NCBI GenBank assembly: GCA_964016885.1
Contig: OZ024754.1
Span: 20,274,001 to 20,338,000, forward strand
Source: Eledone cirrhosa
Lineage: Eukaryota
Length of the DNA stretch: 64,000 bases
Direction: 5' to 3'
Part shown: piece after piece, positions 1 to 15,000 of the stretch
How the letters are laid out: every line of letters starts with the position of its first letter
Numbering within the stretch: the stretch's first letter is position 1
Position numbers and translations under genes: made by a program
Notes under the pieces: model-generated
What the model was told of the DNA's origin: nothing
The model's database searches: none
The model's input: only the letters and a program-made list of their open reading frames with translations

Positions 1-3000
1 TGTGGCTAAAATGACTCTTCCATGATATAGTTACTTTAGTTTCAACACAGTCACAGATCAAGTCACTTGCCAGACATGTACAACTGTGGCTAAAATGACT
101 CTTCCATGATATAGTTACTTTAGTTTCAACACAGTCTCAGATCAGGGCACATGCCAAACATGTACAACTGTGGCTAAAATGACTCTTCCATGATATAGTT
201 ACTTTAGTTTCAACACAGTCTTAGATCAAGTCACTTGCCAGACTGTGGCTAAAATGACTCTTCCATGATATAGTTACTTTAGTTTCAACACAGTCTCAGA
301 TCAAGTTACTTACCAGACATGTACAACTGTGGGTAAAATGACTCTTCCATGATATAGTTACTTTAGTTTCAACACAATCTCAGATCAGGTCACTTGCCAG
401 ACATGTACAACTGTGACTAAAATGACGCTTCCATGATATAGTTACTTTAGTTTCAACACAATCTCAGATCAAGTCGCTTGCCAGACATGTACAACTGTGG
501 CTAAAATCGCTCTTCCATGATATAGTTACTTTAGTTTCAACACAATCTCAGATCAAAGTCACTTGCCAGACATGTACAACTATGGCTAAAATGACTCTTC
601 CATGATATAGTTACTTTAGTTTCAATACTGTCTTAGATCAAGTCACTTGCCAGACTGTGGCTAAAATGACTCTTCCATGATATAGTTACTTTAGTTTCAA
701 AACAGTCTCAGATCATGTCACTTGCCAGACATTAACATCTGTGGCTAAAATGACTCTTCCATGATATAGTTACTTTAGTTTCAACACAGTCACAGATCAA
801 GTCACTTGCCAGACATGTACAACTATGGCTAAAATGACTCTTCCATGATATAGTTACTTTAGTTTCAACACAATCTCAGATCAAGTCACTTGCCAGACAT
901 GTACAACTGTGGCTAAAATGACTCTTCCATGATATAGTTACTTTAGTTTCAACACAGTCACAGATCAAGTCACTTGCCAGACATGTACAACTGTGGCTAA
1001 AATGACTCTTCCGTGATATAGTTACTTTAGTTTCAACACAGTCTCAGATCAAGTCACTTGTCATACATGTACAACTGTGGCTAAAATGACTCTTCCATGA
1101 TATAGTTACTTTAGTTTCAACACAGTCACAGATCAAGTCACTTGCCAGACACGTACAACTATGGCTAAAATGACTCTTCCATGATATAGTTACTTTAGTT
1201 TCAACACAATCTCAGATCAAGTCACTTGCCAGACATGTACAACTGTGGCTAAAGTGACTCTTCCATGATATAGTTACTTTAGTTTCAACACAGTCACAGA
1301 TCAAGTCACTTGCCAGACATGTACAACTGTGGCTAAAATGACTCTTCCATGATATAGTTACTTTAGTTTCAACACAGTCACAGATCAAGTCACTTGCCAG
1401 ACATGTACAACTGTGGCTAAAATGACTCTTCCATGATATAGTTACTTTAGTTTCAACACAGTCTCAGATCAGGGCACTTGCCAAACATGTACAACTGTGG
1501 CTAAAATGACTCTTCCATGATATAGTTACTTTAGTTTCAACACAGTCTTAGATCAAGTCACTTGCCAGACTGTGGCTGAAATGACTCTTCCATGATATAG
1601 TTACTTTAGTTTCAACACAGTCTCAGATCAAGTTACTTACCAGACATGTACAACTGTGGCTAAAATGACTCTTCCATGATATAGTTACTCTAGTTTCAAC
1701 ACAATCTCAGATCAAGTCACTTGCCAGACATATACAACTGTGGCTAAAATGACTCTTCCATGATATAGTTACTTTAGTTTCAACACAATCTCAGATCAGG
1801 TCACTTGCCAGACATGTACAACTGTGACTAAAATGACGCTTCCATGATATAGTTACTTTAGTTTCAACACAATCTCAGATCAAGTCGCTTGCCAGACATG
1901 TACAACTGTGGCTAAAATCGCTCTTCCATGATATAGTTACTTTAGTTTCAACACAATCTCAGATCAAGTCACTTGCCAGACATGTACAACTGTGGCTAAA
2001 ATGACTCTTCCATGATATAGTTACTTTAGTTTCAATACTGTCTTAGATCAAGTCACTTGCCAGACTGTGGCTAAAATGACTCTTCCATGATATAGTTACT
2101 TTAGTTTCAAAACAGTCTCAGATCAAGTCACTTGCCAGACATTTACATCTGTGGCTAAAATGAATCTTCCATGATATAGTTACTTTAGTTTCAACACAAT
2201 CTCAGATCAAGTCACATGCCAGACATGTACAACTGTGGCTAAAATGACTCTTCCATGATATAGTTACTATAGTTTCAACACAGTCTCAGATCAAGTCACT
2301 TGCCAGACATGTACAACTGTGGCTAAAATGACTCTTCCATGATATAGTTACTTTAGTTTCAACACAGTCTCAGATCATGTCACTTGCCAGACATGTACAA
2401 CTGTGGCTAAAATGACTCTTCCATGATATAGTTACTTTAGTTTCAACACAGTCACAGATGAAGTCACTTGCCAGACATGTACAACTGAGGCTAAAATGAC
2501 TCTTCCATTATATAGTTACTTTAGTTTCAACACAGTTTCAGATCAAGTCACTTGCCAGACATGTACAACTGTGGCTAAGATGACTCTTCCATGATATAGT
2601 TACTTTAGTTTCAACACAGTCACAGATCAAGTCACTTGCCAGACATGTACAACTATGGCTAAAATGACTCTTCCATGATATAGTTACTTTAGTTTCAACA
2701 CAATCTCAGATCAAGTCACTTGCCAGACATGTACAACTGTGGCTAAAATGACTCTTCCATGATATAGTTACGTTAGTTTCAACACAGTCACAGATCAAGT
2801 CACTTGCCAGACATGTACAACTGTGGCTAAAATGACTCTTCCGTGATATAGTTACTTTAGTTTCAACACAGTCTCAGATCAAGTCACTTGTCATACATGT
2901 ACAACTGTGGCTAAAATGACTCTTCCATGATATAGTTACTTTAGTTTCAACACAGTCACAGATCAAGTCACTTGCCAGACACGTACAACTATGGCTAAAA

Positions 3001-6000
3001 TGACTCTTCCATGATATAGTTACTTTAGTTTCAACACAATCTCAGATCAAGTCACTTGCCAGACATGTACAACTGTGGCTAAAGTGACTCTTCCATGATA
3101 TAGTTACTTTAGTTTCAACACAGTCACAGATCAAGTCACTTGCCAGACATGTACAACTGTGGCTAAAATGACTCTTCCATGATATAGTTACTTTAGTTTC
3201 AACACAGTCTCAGATCAGGGCACTTGCCAAACATGTACAACTGTGGCTAAAATGACTCTTCCATGATATAGTTACTTTAGTTTCAACACAGTCTTAGATC
3301 AAGTCACTTGCCAGACTGTGGCTAAAATGACTCTTCCATGATATAGTTACTTTAGTTTCAACACAATCTCAGATCAAGTCACTTGCCAGACATGTACAAC
3401 TGTGGCTAAAGTGACTCTTCCATGATATAGTTACTTTAGTTTCAACACAGTCACAGATCAAGTCACTTGCCAGACATGTACAACTGTGGCTAAAATGACT
3501 CTTCCATGATATAGTTACTTTAGTTTCAACACAGTCTCAGATCAGGGCACTTGCCAAACTTGTACAACTGTGGCTAAAATGACTCTTCCATGATATAGTT
3601 ACTTTAGTTTCAACACAGTCTTAGATCAAGTCACTTGCCAGACTGTGGCTAAAATGACTCTTCCATGATATAGTTACTTTAGTTTCAACACAGTCTCAGA
3701 TCATGTCACTTGCCAGACATGTACAACTGTGGCTAAAATGACTCTTCCATGATATAGTTACTTTAGTTTCAACACAATCTCAGATCAGGTCACTTGCCAG
3801 ACATGTACAACTGTGGCTAAAATGACGCTTCCATGATATAGTTACTTTAGTTTCAACACAATCTCAGATCAAGTCACTTGCCAGACATGTACAACTGTGG
3901 CTAAAATCGCTCTTCCATGATATAGTTACTTTAGTTTCAACACAATCTCAGATCAAGTCACTTGCCAGACATGTACAACTGTGGCTAAAATGACTCTTCC
4001 ATGATATAGTTACTTTAGTTTCAACACTGTCTTAGATCAAGTCACTTGCCAGACTGTGGTAAAATGACTCTTCCATGATATAGTTACTTTAGTTTCAAAA
4101 CAGTCTCAGATCAAGTCACTTGCCAGACATGTACAACTGTGGCTAAAATGACTCTTCCATGATATAGTTACTTTAGTTTCAACACAGTCTCAGATCAAGT
4201 CACTTGCCAGACATGTACAACTGTGGCTAAAATGACTCTTCCATGATATAGTTACTTTAGTTTCAACACAGTCTCAGATCAAATCACTTGCCAGACATGT
4301 ACAACTGTGGCTAAAATGACTCTTCCATGATATCGTTACTTTAGTTTCAACACAGTCTCAGATCAAGTCACTTGCCAGACATGTACAACTGTGGCTAAAA
4401 TGACTCTTCCATGATATAGTTACTTTAGTTTCAACACAGTCTCAGATGAAGTCACTTGCCAGGCATGTACAACTGAGGCTAAAATGACTCTTCCATGATA
4501 TAGTTACTTTAGTTTCAACACAATCTCAGATCAAGTCACTTGCCAGACATGTACAACTGTGGCTAAAATCGCTCTTCCATGATATAGTTACTTTAGTTTC
4601 AACACAATCTCAGATGAAGTCACTTGCCAGACATGTACATCTGTGGTTAAAATCGCTCTTCCATGATATAGTTACTTTAGTTTCAACACAGTCTCAGATC
4701 AAATCAGTTGCCAGACATGTACAACTGTGGCTAAAATGTCTCTTCCATGATATAGTTACTTTAGTTTCAACACAGTCGCAGATCAAGTCACTTGCCAGAC
4801 ATGTACAACTGAGGCTAAAATGACTCTTCCATGATATAGTTACTTTAGTTTCAACACAATCTCAGATCAAGTCACTTGCCAGACATGTACAACCGTGGCT
4901 AAAGTGACTCTTCAATGATATAGTTACTTTAGTTTCAACACTGTCTTAGATCTAGTCACTTGCCAGACTGTGGCTAAAATGACTCTTCCATGATATAGTT
5001 ACGTTAGTTTCAAAACAGTCTCAGATCAAGTCACTTGCCAGACATGTACATCTGTGGCTAAAATGACTCTTCCATTATATAGTTACTTTAGTTTCAACAC
5101 AGTCTCAGATCAAGTCACTTGCCAGACATGTACAACTGTGCCTAAAATGACTCTTCCATGATATAGTTACTATAGTTTCAACACAGTCTCAGATCAAGTC
5201 ACTTGCCATACATGTGCAACTGTGGCTAAAATGACTCTTCCATGATATAGTTACTTTAGTTTCAACACAGTCTCAGATCAAGTCACTTGCCAGACATGTA
5301 CAACTGTGGCTAAAATGACTCTTCCATGATATAGTTACTTTAGTTTCAACACAGTCACAGATGAAGTCACTTGCCAGACATGTACAACTGAGGCTAAAAT
5401 AACTCTTCCATGATATAGTTACTTTAGTTTCAACACAATCTCAGATCAAGTCACTTACAAGACATGTACAACAGTGGCTAAAATGACTCTTCCATGATAT
5501 AGTTACTTTAGTTTCAACACAGTTTCAGATCAAGTCACTTGCCAGACATGTACAACTGTGGCTAAAATGACTCTTCCATGATATAGTTACTTTAGTTTCA
5601 ACACAGTCACAGATCAAGTCACTTGCCAGACATGTACAACTGTGGCTAAAATGACTCTTCCATGATATAGTTACTTTAGTTTCAACACAGTCTCAGATCA
5701 AATCACTTGCCAGACATGTACAACTGTGGCTAAAATGACTCTTCCATGATATCGTTACTTTAGTTTCAACACAGTCTCAGATCAAGTCACTTGCCAGACA
5801 TGTACAACTGTGGCTAAAATGACTCTTCCATGATATAGTTACTTTAGTTTCAACACAGTCTCAGATGAAGTCACTTGCCAGACATGTACAACTGAGGCTA
5901 AAATGACTCTTCCATGATATAGTTACTTTAGTTTCAACACAATCTGAGATCAAGTCACTTGCCAGACATGTACAACTGTGGCTAAAATCGCTCTTCCATG

Positions 6001-9000
6001 ATATAGTTACTTTAGTTTCAACACAATCTCAGATGAAGTCACTTGCCAGACATGTACATCTGTGGCTAAAATCGCTCTTCCATGATATAGTTACTTTAGT
6101 TTCAACACAGACTCAGATCAAATCAGTTGCCAGACATGTACAACTGTGGCTAAAATGTCTCTTCCATGATATAGTTACTTTAGTTTCAACACAGTCGCAG
6201 ATCAAGTCACTTGCCAGACATGTACAACTGAGGCTAAAATGACTCTTCCATGATATAGTTACTTTAGTTTCAACACAATCTCAGATCAAGTCACTTGCCA
6301 GACATGTACAACCGTGGCTAAAGTGACTCTTCCATGATATAGTTACTTTAGTTTCAACACTGTCTTAGATCTAGTCACTTGCCAGACTGTGGCTAAAATG
6401 ACTCTTCCATGATATAGTTACGTTAGTTTCAAAACAGTCTCAGATCAAGTCACTTGCCAGACATGTACATCTGTGGCTAAAATGACTCTTCCATGATATA
6501 GTTACTTTAGTTTCAACACAGTCTCAGATCAAGTCACTTGCCAGACATGTACAACTGTGCCTAAAATGACTCTTCCATGATATAGTTACTATAGTTTCAA
6601 CACAGTCTCAGATCAAGTCACTTGCCAGACATGTGCGACTGTGGCTAAAATGACTCTTCCATGATATAGTTACTTTAGTTTCAACACAGTCTCAGATCAA
6701 GTCACTTGCCAGACATGTACAACTGTGGCTAAAATGACTCTTCCATGATATAGTTACTTTAGTTTCAACACAGTCACAGATGAAGTCACTTGCCAGACAT
6801 GTACAACTGAGGCTAAAATGACTCTTCCATGATATAGTTACTTTAGTTTCAACACAATCTCAGATCAAGTCACTTACCAGACATGTACAACAGTGGCTAA
6901 AATGACTCTTCCATGATATAGTTACTTTAGTTTCAACACAGTTTCAGATCAAGTCACTTGCCAGACATGTACAACTGTGGCTAAAATGACTCTTCCATGA
7001 TATAGTTACCTTAGTTTCAACACAGTCACAGATCAAATCACTTGCCAGACATGTACAACTGTGGCTAAAATGACTCTTCCATGATATAGTTACTTTAGTT
7101 TCAACACAGTCACAGATCAAGTCACTTGCCAGACATGTACAACTGTGGCTAAAATGACTCTTCCATGATATAGTTACTTTAGTTTCAACACAATCTCAGA
7201 TCAAGTCACTTGCCAGACATGTACAACTGTGGCTAAAATGACTCTTCCATGATATAGTTACTTTAGTTTCAACACAGTCTCAGATCAAATCACTTGCCAG
7301 ACATGTACAACTGTGGCTAAAATGACTCTTCCATGATATAGTTACTTTAGTTTCAACACAGTCTCAGATCAAGTCACTTGCCAGACATGTACAACTGTGG
7401 CTAAAATGACTCTTCCATGATATAGTTACTTTAGTTTCAACACAATCTCAGATCAGGTCACTTGCCAGACATGTACAACTGTGGCTAAAATGACGCTTCC
7501 ATGATATAGTTACTTTAGTTTCAACACAATCTCAGATCAAGTCACTTGCCAGACATGTACAACTGTGGCTAAAATGACTCTTCCATGATATAGTTACTTT
7601 AGTTTCAACACTGTCTTAGATCAAGTCACTTGCCAGACTGTGGCTAAAATGACTCTTCCATGATATAGTTACTTTAGTTTCAAAACAGTCTCAGATCAAG
7701 TCACTTGCCAGACATGTACAACTGTGGCTAAAATGACTCTTCCATGATATAGTTACTTTAGTTTCAACACAGTCTCAGATCAAGTCACTTGCCAGACATG
7801 TACAACTGTGGCTAAAATGACTCTTCCATGATATAGTTACTTTAGTTTCAACACAGTCTCAGATCAAATCACTTGCCAGACATGTACAACTGTGGCTAAA
7901 ATGACTCTTCCCTGATATCGTTACTTTAGTTTCAACACAGTCACAGATCAAGTCACTTGCCAGACATGTACAACTGTGGCTAAAATGACTCTTCCATGAT
8001 ATAGTTACTTTAGTTTCAACACAGTCGCAGATCAAGTCACTTGCCAGACATGTACAACTGAGGCTAAAATGACTCTTCCATGATATAGTTACTTTAGTTT
8101 CAACACAATCTCAGATCAAGTCACTTGCCAGACATGTACAACCGTGGCTAAAGTGACTCTTCCATGATATAGTTACTTTAGTTTCAACACTGTCTTAGAT
8201 CTAGTCACTTGCCAGACTGTGGCTAAAATGACTCTTCCATTATATAGTTACTTTAGTTTCAACACAGTCTCAGATCAAGTCACTTGCCAGACATGTACAA
8301 CTGTGCCTAAAATGACTCTTCCATGATATAGTTACTATAGTTTCAACACAGTCTCAGATCAAGTCACTTGCCATACATGTGCAACTGTGGCTAAAATGAC
8401 TCTTCCATGATATAGTTACTTTAGTTTCAACACAGTCTCAGATCAAGTCACTTGCCAGACATGTACAACTGTGGCTAAAATGACTCTTCCATGATATAGT
8501 TACTTTAGTTTCAACACAGTCACAGATGAAGTCACTTGCCAGACATGTACAACTGAGGCTAAAATAACTCTTCCATGATATAGTTACTTTAGTTTCAACA
8601 CAATCTCAGATCAAGTCACTTACCAGACATGTACAACAGTGGCTAAAATGACTCTTCCATGATATAGTTACTTTAGTTTCAACACAGTTTCAGATCAAGT
8701 CACTTGCCAGACATGTACAACTGTGGCTAAAATGACTCTTCCATGATATAGTTACTTTAGTTTCAACACAGTCACAGATCAAGTCACTTGCCAGACATGT
8801 ACAACTGTGGCTAAAATGACTCTTCCATGATATAGTTACTTTAGTTTCAACACAGTCTCAGATCAAATCACTTGCCAGACATGTACAACTGTGGCTAAAA
8901 TGACTCTTCCATGATATCGTTACTTTAGTTTCAACACAGTCTCAGATCAAGTCACTTGCCAGACATGTACAACTGTGGCTAAAATGACTCTTCCATGATA

Positions 9001-12000
9001 TAGTTACTTTAGTTTCAACACAGTCTCAGATGAAGTCACTTGCCAGACATGTACAACTGAGGCTAAAATGACTCTTCCATGATATAGGTACTTTAGTTTC
9101 AACACAATCTGAGATCAAGTCACTTGCCAGACATGTACAACTGTGGCTAAAATCGCTCTTCCATGATATAGTTACTTTAGTTTCAACACAATCTCAGATG
9201 AAGTCACTTGCCAGACATGTACATCTGTGGCTAAAATCGCTCTTCCATGATATAGTTACTTTAGTTTCAACACAGTCTCAGATCAAATCAGTTGCCAGAC
9301 ATGTACAACTGTGGCTAAAATGTCTCTTCCATGATATAGTTACTTTAGTTTCAACACAGTCGCAGATCAAGTCACTTGCCAGACATGTACAACTGAGGCT
9401 AAAATGACTCTTCCATGATATAGTTACTTTAGTTTCAACACAATCTCAGATCAAGTCACTTGCCAGACATGTACAACCGTGGCTAAAGTGACTCTTCCAT
9501 GATATAGTTACTTTAGTTTCAACACTGTCTTAGATCTAGTCACTTGCCAGACTGTGGCTAAAATGACTCTTCCATGATATAGTTACGTTAGTTTCAAAAC
9601 AGTCTCAGATCAAGTCACTTGCCAGACATGTACATCTGTGGCTAAAATGACTCTTCCATGATATAGTTACTTTAGTTTCAACACAGTCTCAGATCAAGTC
9701 ACTTGCCAGACATGTACAACTGTGCCTAAAATGACTCTTCCATGATATAGTTACTATAGTTTCAACACAGTCTCAGATCAAGTCACTTGCCAGACATGTG
9801 CGACTGTGGCTAAAATGACTCTTCCATGATATAGTTACTTTAGTTTCAACACAGTCTCAGATCAAGTCACTTGCCAGACATGTACAACTGAGGCTAAAAT
9901 GACTCTTCCATGATATAGTTACTTTAGTTTCAACACAATCTCAGATCAAGTCACTTGCCAGACATGTACAACCGTGGCTAAAGTGACTCTTCCATGATAT
10001 AGTTACTTTAGTTTCAACACTGTCTTAGATCTAGTCACTTGCCAGACTGTGGCTAAAATGACTCTTCCATTATATAGTTACTTTAGTTTCAACACAGTCT
10101 CAGATCAAGTCACTTGCCAGACATGTACAACTGTGCCTAAAATGACTCTTCCATGATATAGTTACTATAGTTTCAACACAGTCTCAGATCAAGTCACTTG
10201 CCATACATGTGCAACTGTGGCTAAAATGACTCTTCCATGATATAGTTACTTTAGTTTCAACACAGTCTCAGATCAAGTCACTTGCCAGACATGTACAACT
10301 GTGGCTAAAATGACTCTTCCATGATATAGTTACTTTAGTTTCAACACAGTCACAGATGAAGTCACTTGCCAGACATGTACAACTGAGGCTAAAATAACTC
10401 TTCCATGATATAGTTACTTTAGTTTCAACACAATCTCAGATCAAGTCACTTACCAGACATGTACAACAGTGGCTAAAATGACTCTTCCATGATATAGTTA
10501 CTTTAGTTTCAACACAGTTTCAGATCAAGTCACTTGCCAGACATGTACAACTGTGGCTAAAATGACTCTTCCATGATATAGTTACTTTAGTTTCAACACA
10601 GTCACAGATCAAGTCACTTGCCAGACATGTACAACTGTGGCTAAAATGACTCTTCCATGATATAGTTACTTTAGTTTCAACACAGTCTCAGATCAAATCA
10701 CTTGCCAGACATGTACAACTGTGGCTAAAATGACTCTTCCATGATATCGTTACTTTAGTTTCAACACAGTCTCAGATCAAGTCACTTGCCAGACATGTAC
10801 AACTGTGGCTAAAATGACTCTTCCATGATATAGTTACTTTAGTTTCAACACAGTCTCAGATGAAGTCACTTGCCAGACATGTACAACTGAGGCTAAAATG
10901 ACTCTTCCATGATATAGGTACTTTAGTTTCAACACAATCTGAGATCAAGTCACTTGCCAGACATGTACAACTGTGGCTAAAATCGCTCTTCCATGATATA
11001 GTTACTTTAGTTTCAACACAATCTCAGATGAAGTCACTTGCCAGACATGTACATCTGTGGCTAAAATCGCTCTTCCATGATATAGTTACTTTAGTTTCAA
11101 CACAGTCTCAGATCAAATCAGTTGCCAGACATGTACAACTGTGGCTAAAATGTCTCTTCCATGATATAGTTACTTTAGTTTCAACACAGTCGCAGATCAA
11201 GTCACTTGCCAGACATGTACAACTGAGGCTAAAATGACTCTTCCATGATATAGTTACTTTAGTTTCAACACAATCTCAGATCAAGTCACTTGCCAGACAT
11301 GTACAACCGTGGCTAAAGTGACTCTTCCATGATATAGTTACTTTAGTTTCAACACTGTCTTAGATCTAGTCACTTGCCAGACTGTGGCTAAAATGACTCT
11401 TCCATGATATAGTTACGTTAGTTTCAAAACAGTCTCAGATCAAGTCACTTGCCAGACATGTACATCTGTGGCTAAAATGACTCTTCCATGATATAGTTAC
11501 TTTAGTTTCAACACAGTCTCAGATCAAGTCACTTGCCAGACATGTACAACTGTGCCTAAAATGACTCTTCCATGATATAGTTACTATAGTTTCAACACAG
11601 TCTCAGATCAAGTCACTTGCCAGACATGTGCGACTGTGGCTAAAATGACTCTTCCATGATATAGTTACTTTAGTTTCAACACAGTCTCAGATCAAGTCAC
11701 TTGCCAGACATGTACAACTGTGGCTAAAATGACTCTTCCATGATATAGTTACTTTAGTTTCAACACAGTCACAGATGAAGTCACTTGCCAGACATGTACA
11801 ACTGAGGCTAAAATGACTCTTCCATGATATAGTTACTTTAGTTTCAACACAATCTCAGATCAAGTCACTTACCAGACATGTACAACAGTGGCTAAAATGA
11901 CTCTTCCATGATATAGTTACTTTAGTTTCAACACAGTTTCAGATCAAGTCACTTGCCAGACATGTACAACTGTGGCTAAAATGACTCTTCCATGATATAG

Positions 12001-15000
12001 TTACCTTAGTTTCAACACAGTCACAGATCAAATCACTTGCCAGATATGTACAACTGTGGCTAAAATGACTCTTCCATGATATAGTTACTTTAGTTTCAAC
12101 ACAGTCACAGATCAAGTCACTTGCCAGACATGTACAACTGTGGCTAAAATGACTCTTCCATGATATAGTTACTTTAGTTTCAACACAATCTCAGATCAAG
12201 TCACTTGCCAGACATGTACAACTGTGGCTAAAATGACTCTTCCATGATATAGTTACTTTAGTTTCAACACAGTCTCAGATCAAATCACTTGCCAGACATG
12301 TACAACTGTGGCTAAAATGACTCTTCCATGATATAGTTACTTTAGTTTCAACACAGTCTCAGATCAAGTCACTTGCCAGACATGTACAACTGTGGCTAAA
12401 ATGACTCTTCCATGATATAGTTACTTTAGTTTCAACACAATCTCAGATCAGGTCACTTGCCAGACATGTACAACTGTGGCTAAAATGACGCTTCCATGAT
12501 ATAGTTACTTTAGTTTCAACACAATCTCAGATCAAGTCACTTGCCAGACATGTACAACTGTGGCTAAAATGACTCTTCCATGATATAGTTACTTTAGTTT
12601 CAACACTGTCTTAGATCAAGTCACTTGCCAGACTGTGGCTAAAATGACTCTTCCATGATATAGTTACTTTAGTTTCAAAACAGTCTCAGATCAAGTCACT
12701 TGCCAGACATGTACAACTGTGGCTAAAATGACTCTTCCATGATATAGTTACTTTAGTTTCAACACAGTCTCAGATCAAGTCACTTGCCAGACATGTACAA
12801 CTGTGGCTAAAATGACTCTTCCATGATATAGTTACTTTAGTTTCAACACAGTCTCAGATCAAATCACTTGCCAGACATGTACAACTGTGGCTAAAATGAC
12901 TCTTCCCTGATATCGTTACTTTAGTTTCAACACAGTCTCAGATCAAGTCACTTGCCAGACATGTACAACTGTGGCTAAAATGACTCTTCCATGATATAGT
13001 TACTTTAGTTTCAACACAGTCACAGATCAAGTCACTTGCCAGACATGTACAACTGAGGCTAAAATGACTCTTCCATGATATAGTTACTTTAGTTTCAACA
13101 CAATCTCAGATGAAGTCACTTGCCAGACATGTACAACTGTGGCTAAAATGACTCTTCCATGATATAGTTACTTTAGTTTCAACACAGTCACAGATCAAGT
13201 CACTTGCCAGACATGTACAACTGTGACTAAAATGACTCTTCCGTGATATAGTTTCTTTAGTTTCAACACAGTCTCAGATCAAGTCACTTGTCATACATGT
13301 ACAACTGTGGCTAAAATGACTCTTCCATGATATAGTTACTTTAGTTTCAACACAGTCACAGATCAAGTCACTTGCCAGTCATGTACAACTATGGCTAAAA
13401 TGACTCTTCCATGATATAGTTACTTTAGTTTAAACACAATCTCAGATCAAGTCACTTGCCAGACATGTACAACTGTGGCTAAAGTGACTCTTCCATGATA
13501 TAGTTACTTTAGTTTCAACACAGTCACAGATCAAGTCACTTGCCAGACATGTACAACTGTGGCTAAAATGACTCTTCCATGATATAGTTACTTTAGTTTC
13601 AACACAGTCACAGATCAAGTCACTTGCCAGACATGTACAACTGTGGCTAAAATGACTCTTCCATGATATAGTTACTTTAGTTTCAACACAGTCTCAGATC
13701 AGGTCACTTGCCAAACATGAACAACTGTGGCTAAAATGACTCTTCCATGATATAGTTACTTTAGTTTCAACACTGTCTTAGATCTAGTCACTTGCCAGAC
13801 TGTGGCTAAAATGACTCTTCCATGATATAGTTACTTTAGTTTCAAAACAGTCTCAGATCAAGTCACTTGCCAGACATGTACATCTGTGGCTAAAATGACT
13901 CTTCCATGATATAGTTACTTTAGCTTCAACACAGTCTCAGATCAAGTCACTTACCAGACATGTACAACTGTGGCTAAAATGACTCTTCCATGATATAGTT
14001 ACTATAGTTTCAACACAGTCTCAGATCAAGTCACTTGCCAGACATGTACAACTGTGGCTAAAATGACTCTTCCATGATATAGTTACTTTAGTTTCAACAC
14101 AGTCACAGATCAAGTCACTTGCCAGACATGTACAACTATGGCTAAAATGACTCTTCCATGATATAGTTACTTTAGTTTCAACACAATCTCAGATCAAGTC
14201 ACTTGCCAGACATGTACAACTGTGGCTAAAATGACTCTTCCATGATATAGTTACTTTAGTTTCAACACAGTCACAGATCAAGTCACTTGCCAGACATGTA
14301 CAACTGTGGCTAAAATGACTCTTCTGTGATATAGTTACTTTAGTTTCAACACAGTCTCAGATCAAGTCACTTGTCATACATGTACAACTGTGGCTAAAAT
14401 GACTCTTCCATGATATAGTTACTTTAGTTTCAACACAGTCACAGATCAAGTCACTTGCCAGACATGTACAACTATGGCTAAAATGACTCTTCCATGATAT
14501 AGTTACTTTAGTTTCAACACAATCTCAGATCAAGTCACTTGCCAGACATGTACAACTGTGGCTAAAGTGACTCTTCCATGATATAGTTACTTTAGTTTCA
14601 ACACAGTTACAGATCAAGTCACTTGCGAGACATGTACAACTGTGGCTAAAATGACTCTTCCATGATATAGTTACTTTAGTTTCAACACAATCTCAGATCA
14701 GGTCACTTGCCAGACATGTACAACTGTGGCTAAAATGACTCTTCCATGATATAGTTACTTTAGTTTCAACACAGTCACAGATCAAGTCACTTGCCAGACA
14801 TGTACAACTGTGGCTAAAATGACTCTTCCATGATATAGTTACTTTAGTTTCAACACAATCTCAGATCCAGTCACTTGCGAGACATGTACAACTGTGGCTA
14901 AAATGACTCTTCCATGATATAGTTACTTTAGTTCCAACACAGTCTTAGATCAAGTCACTTGCCAGACTGTGGCTAAAATGACTCTTCCATGATATAGTTA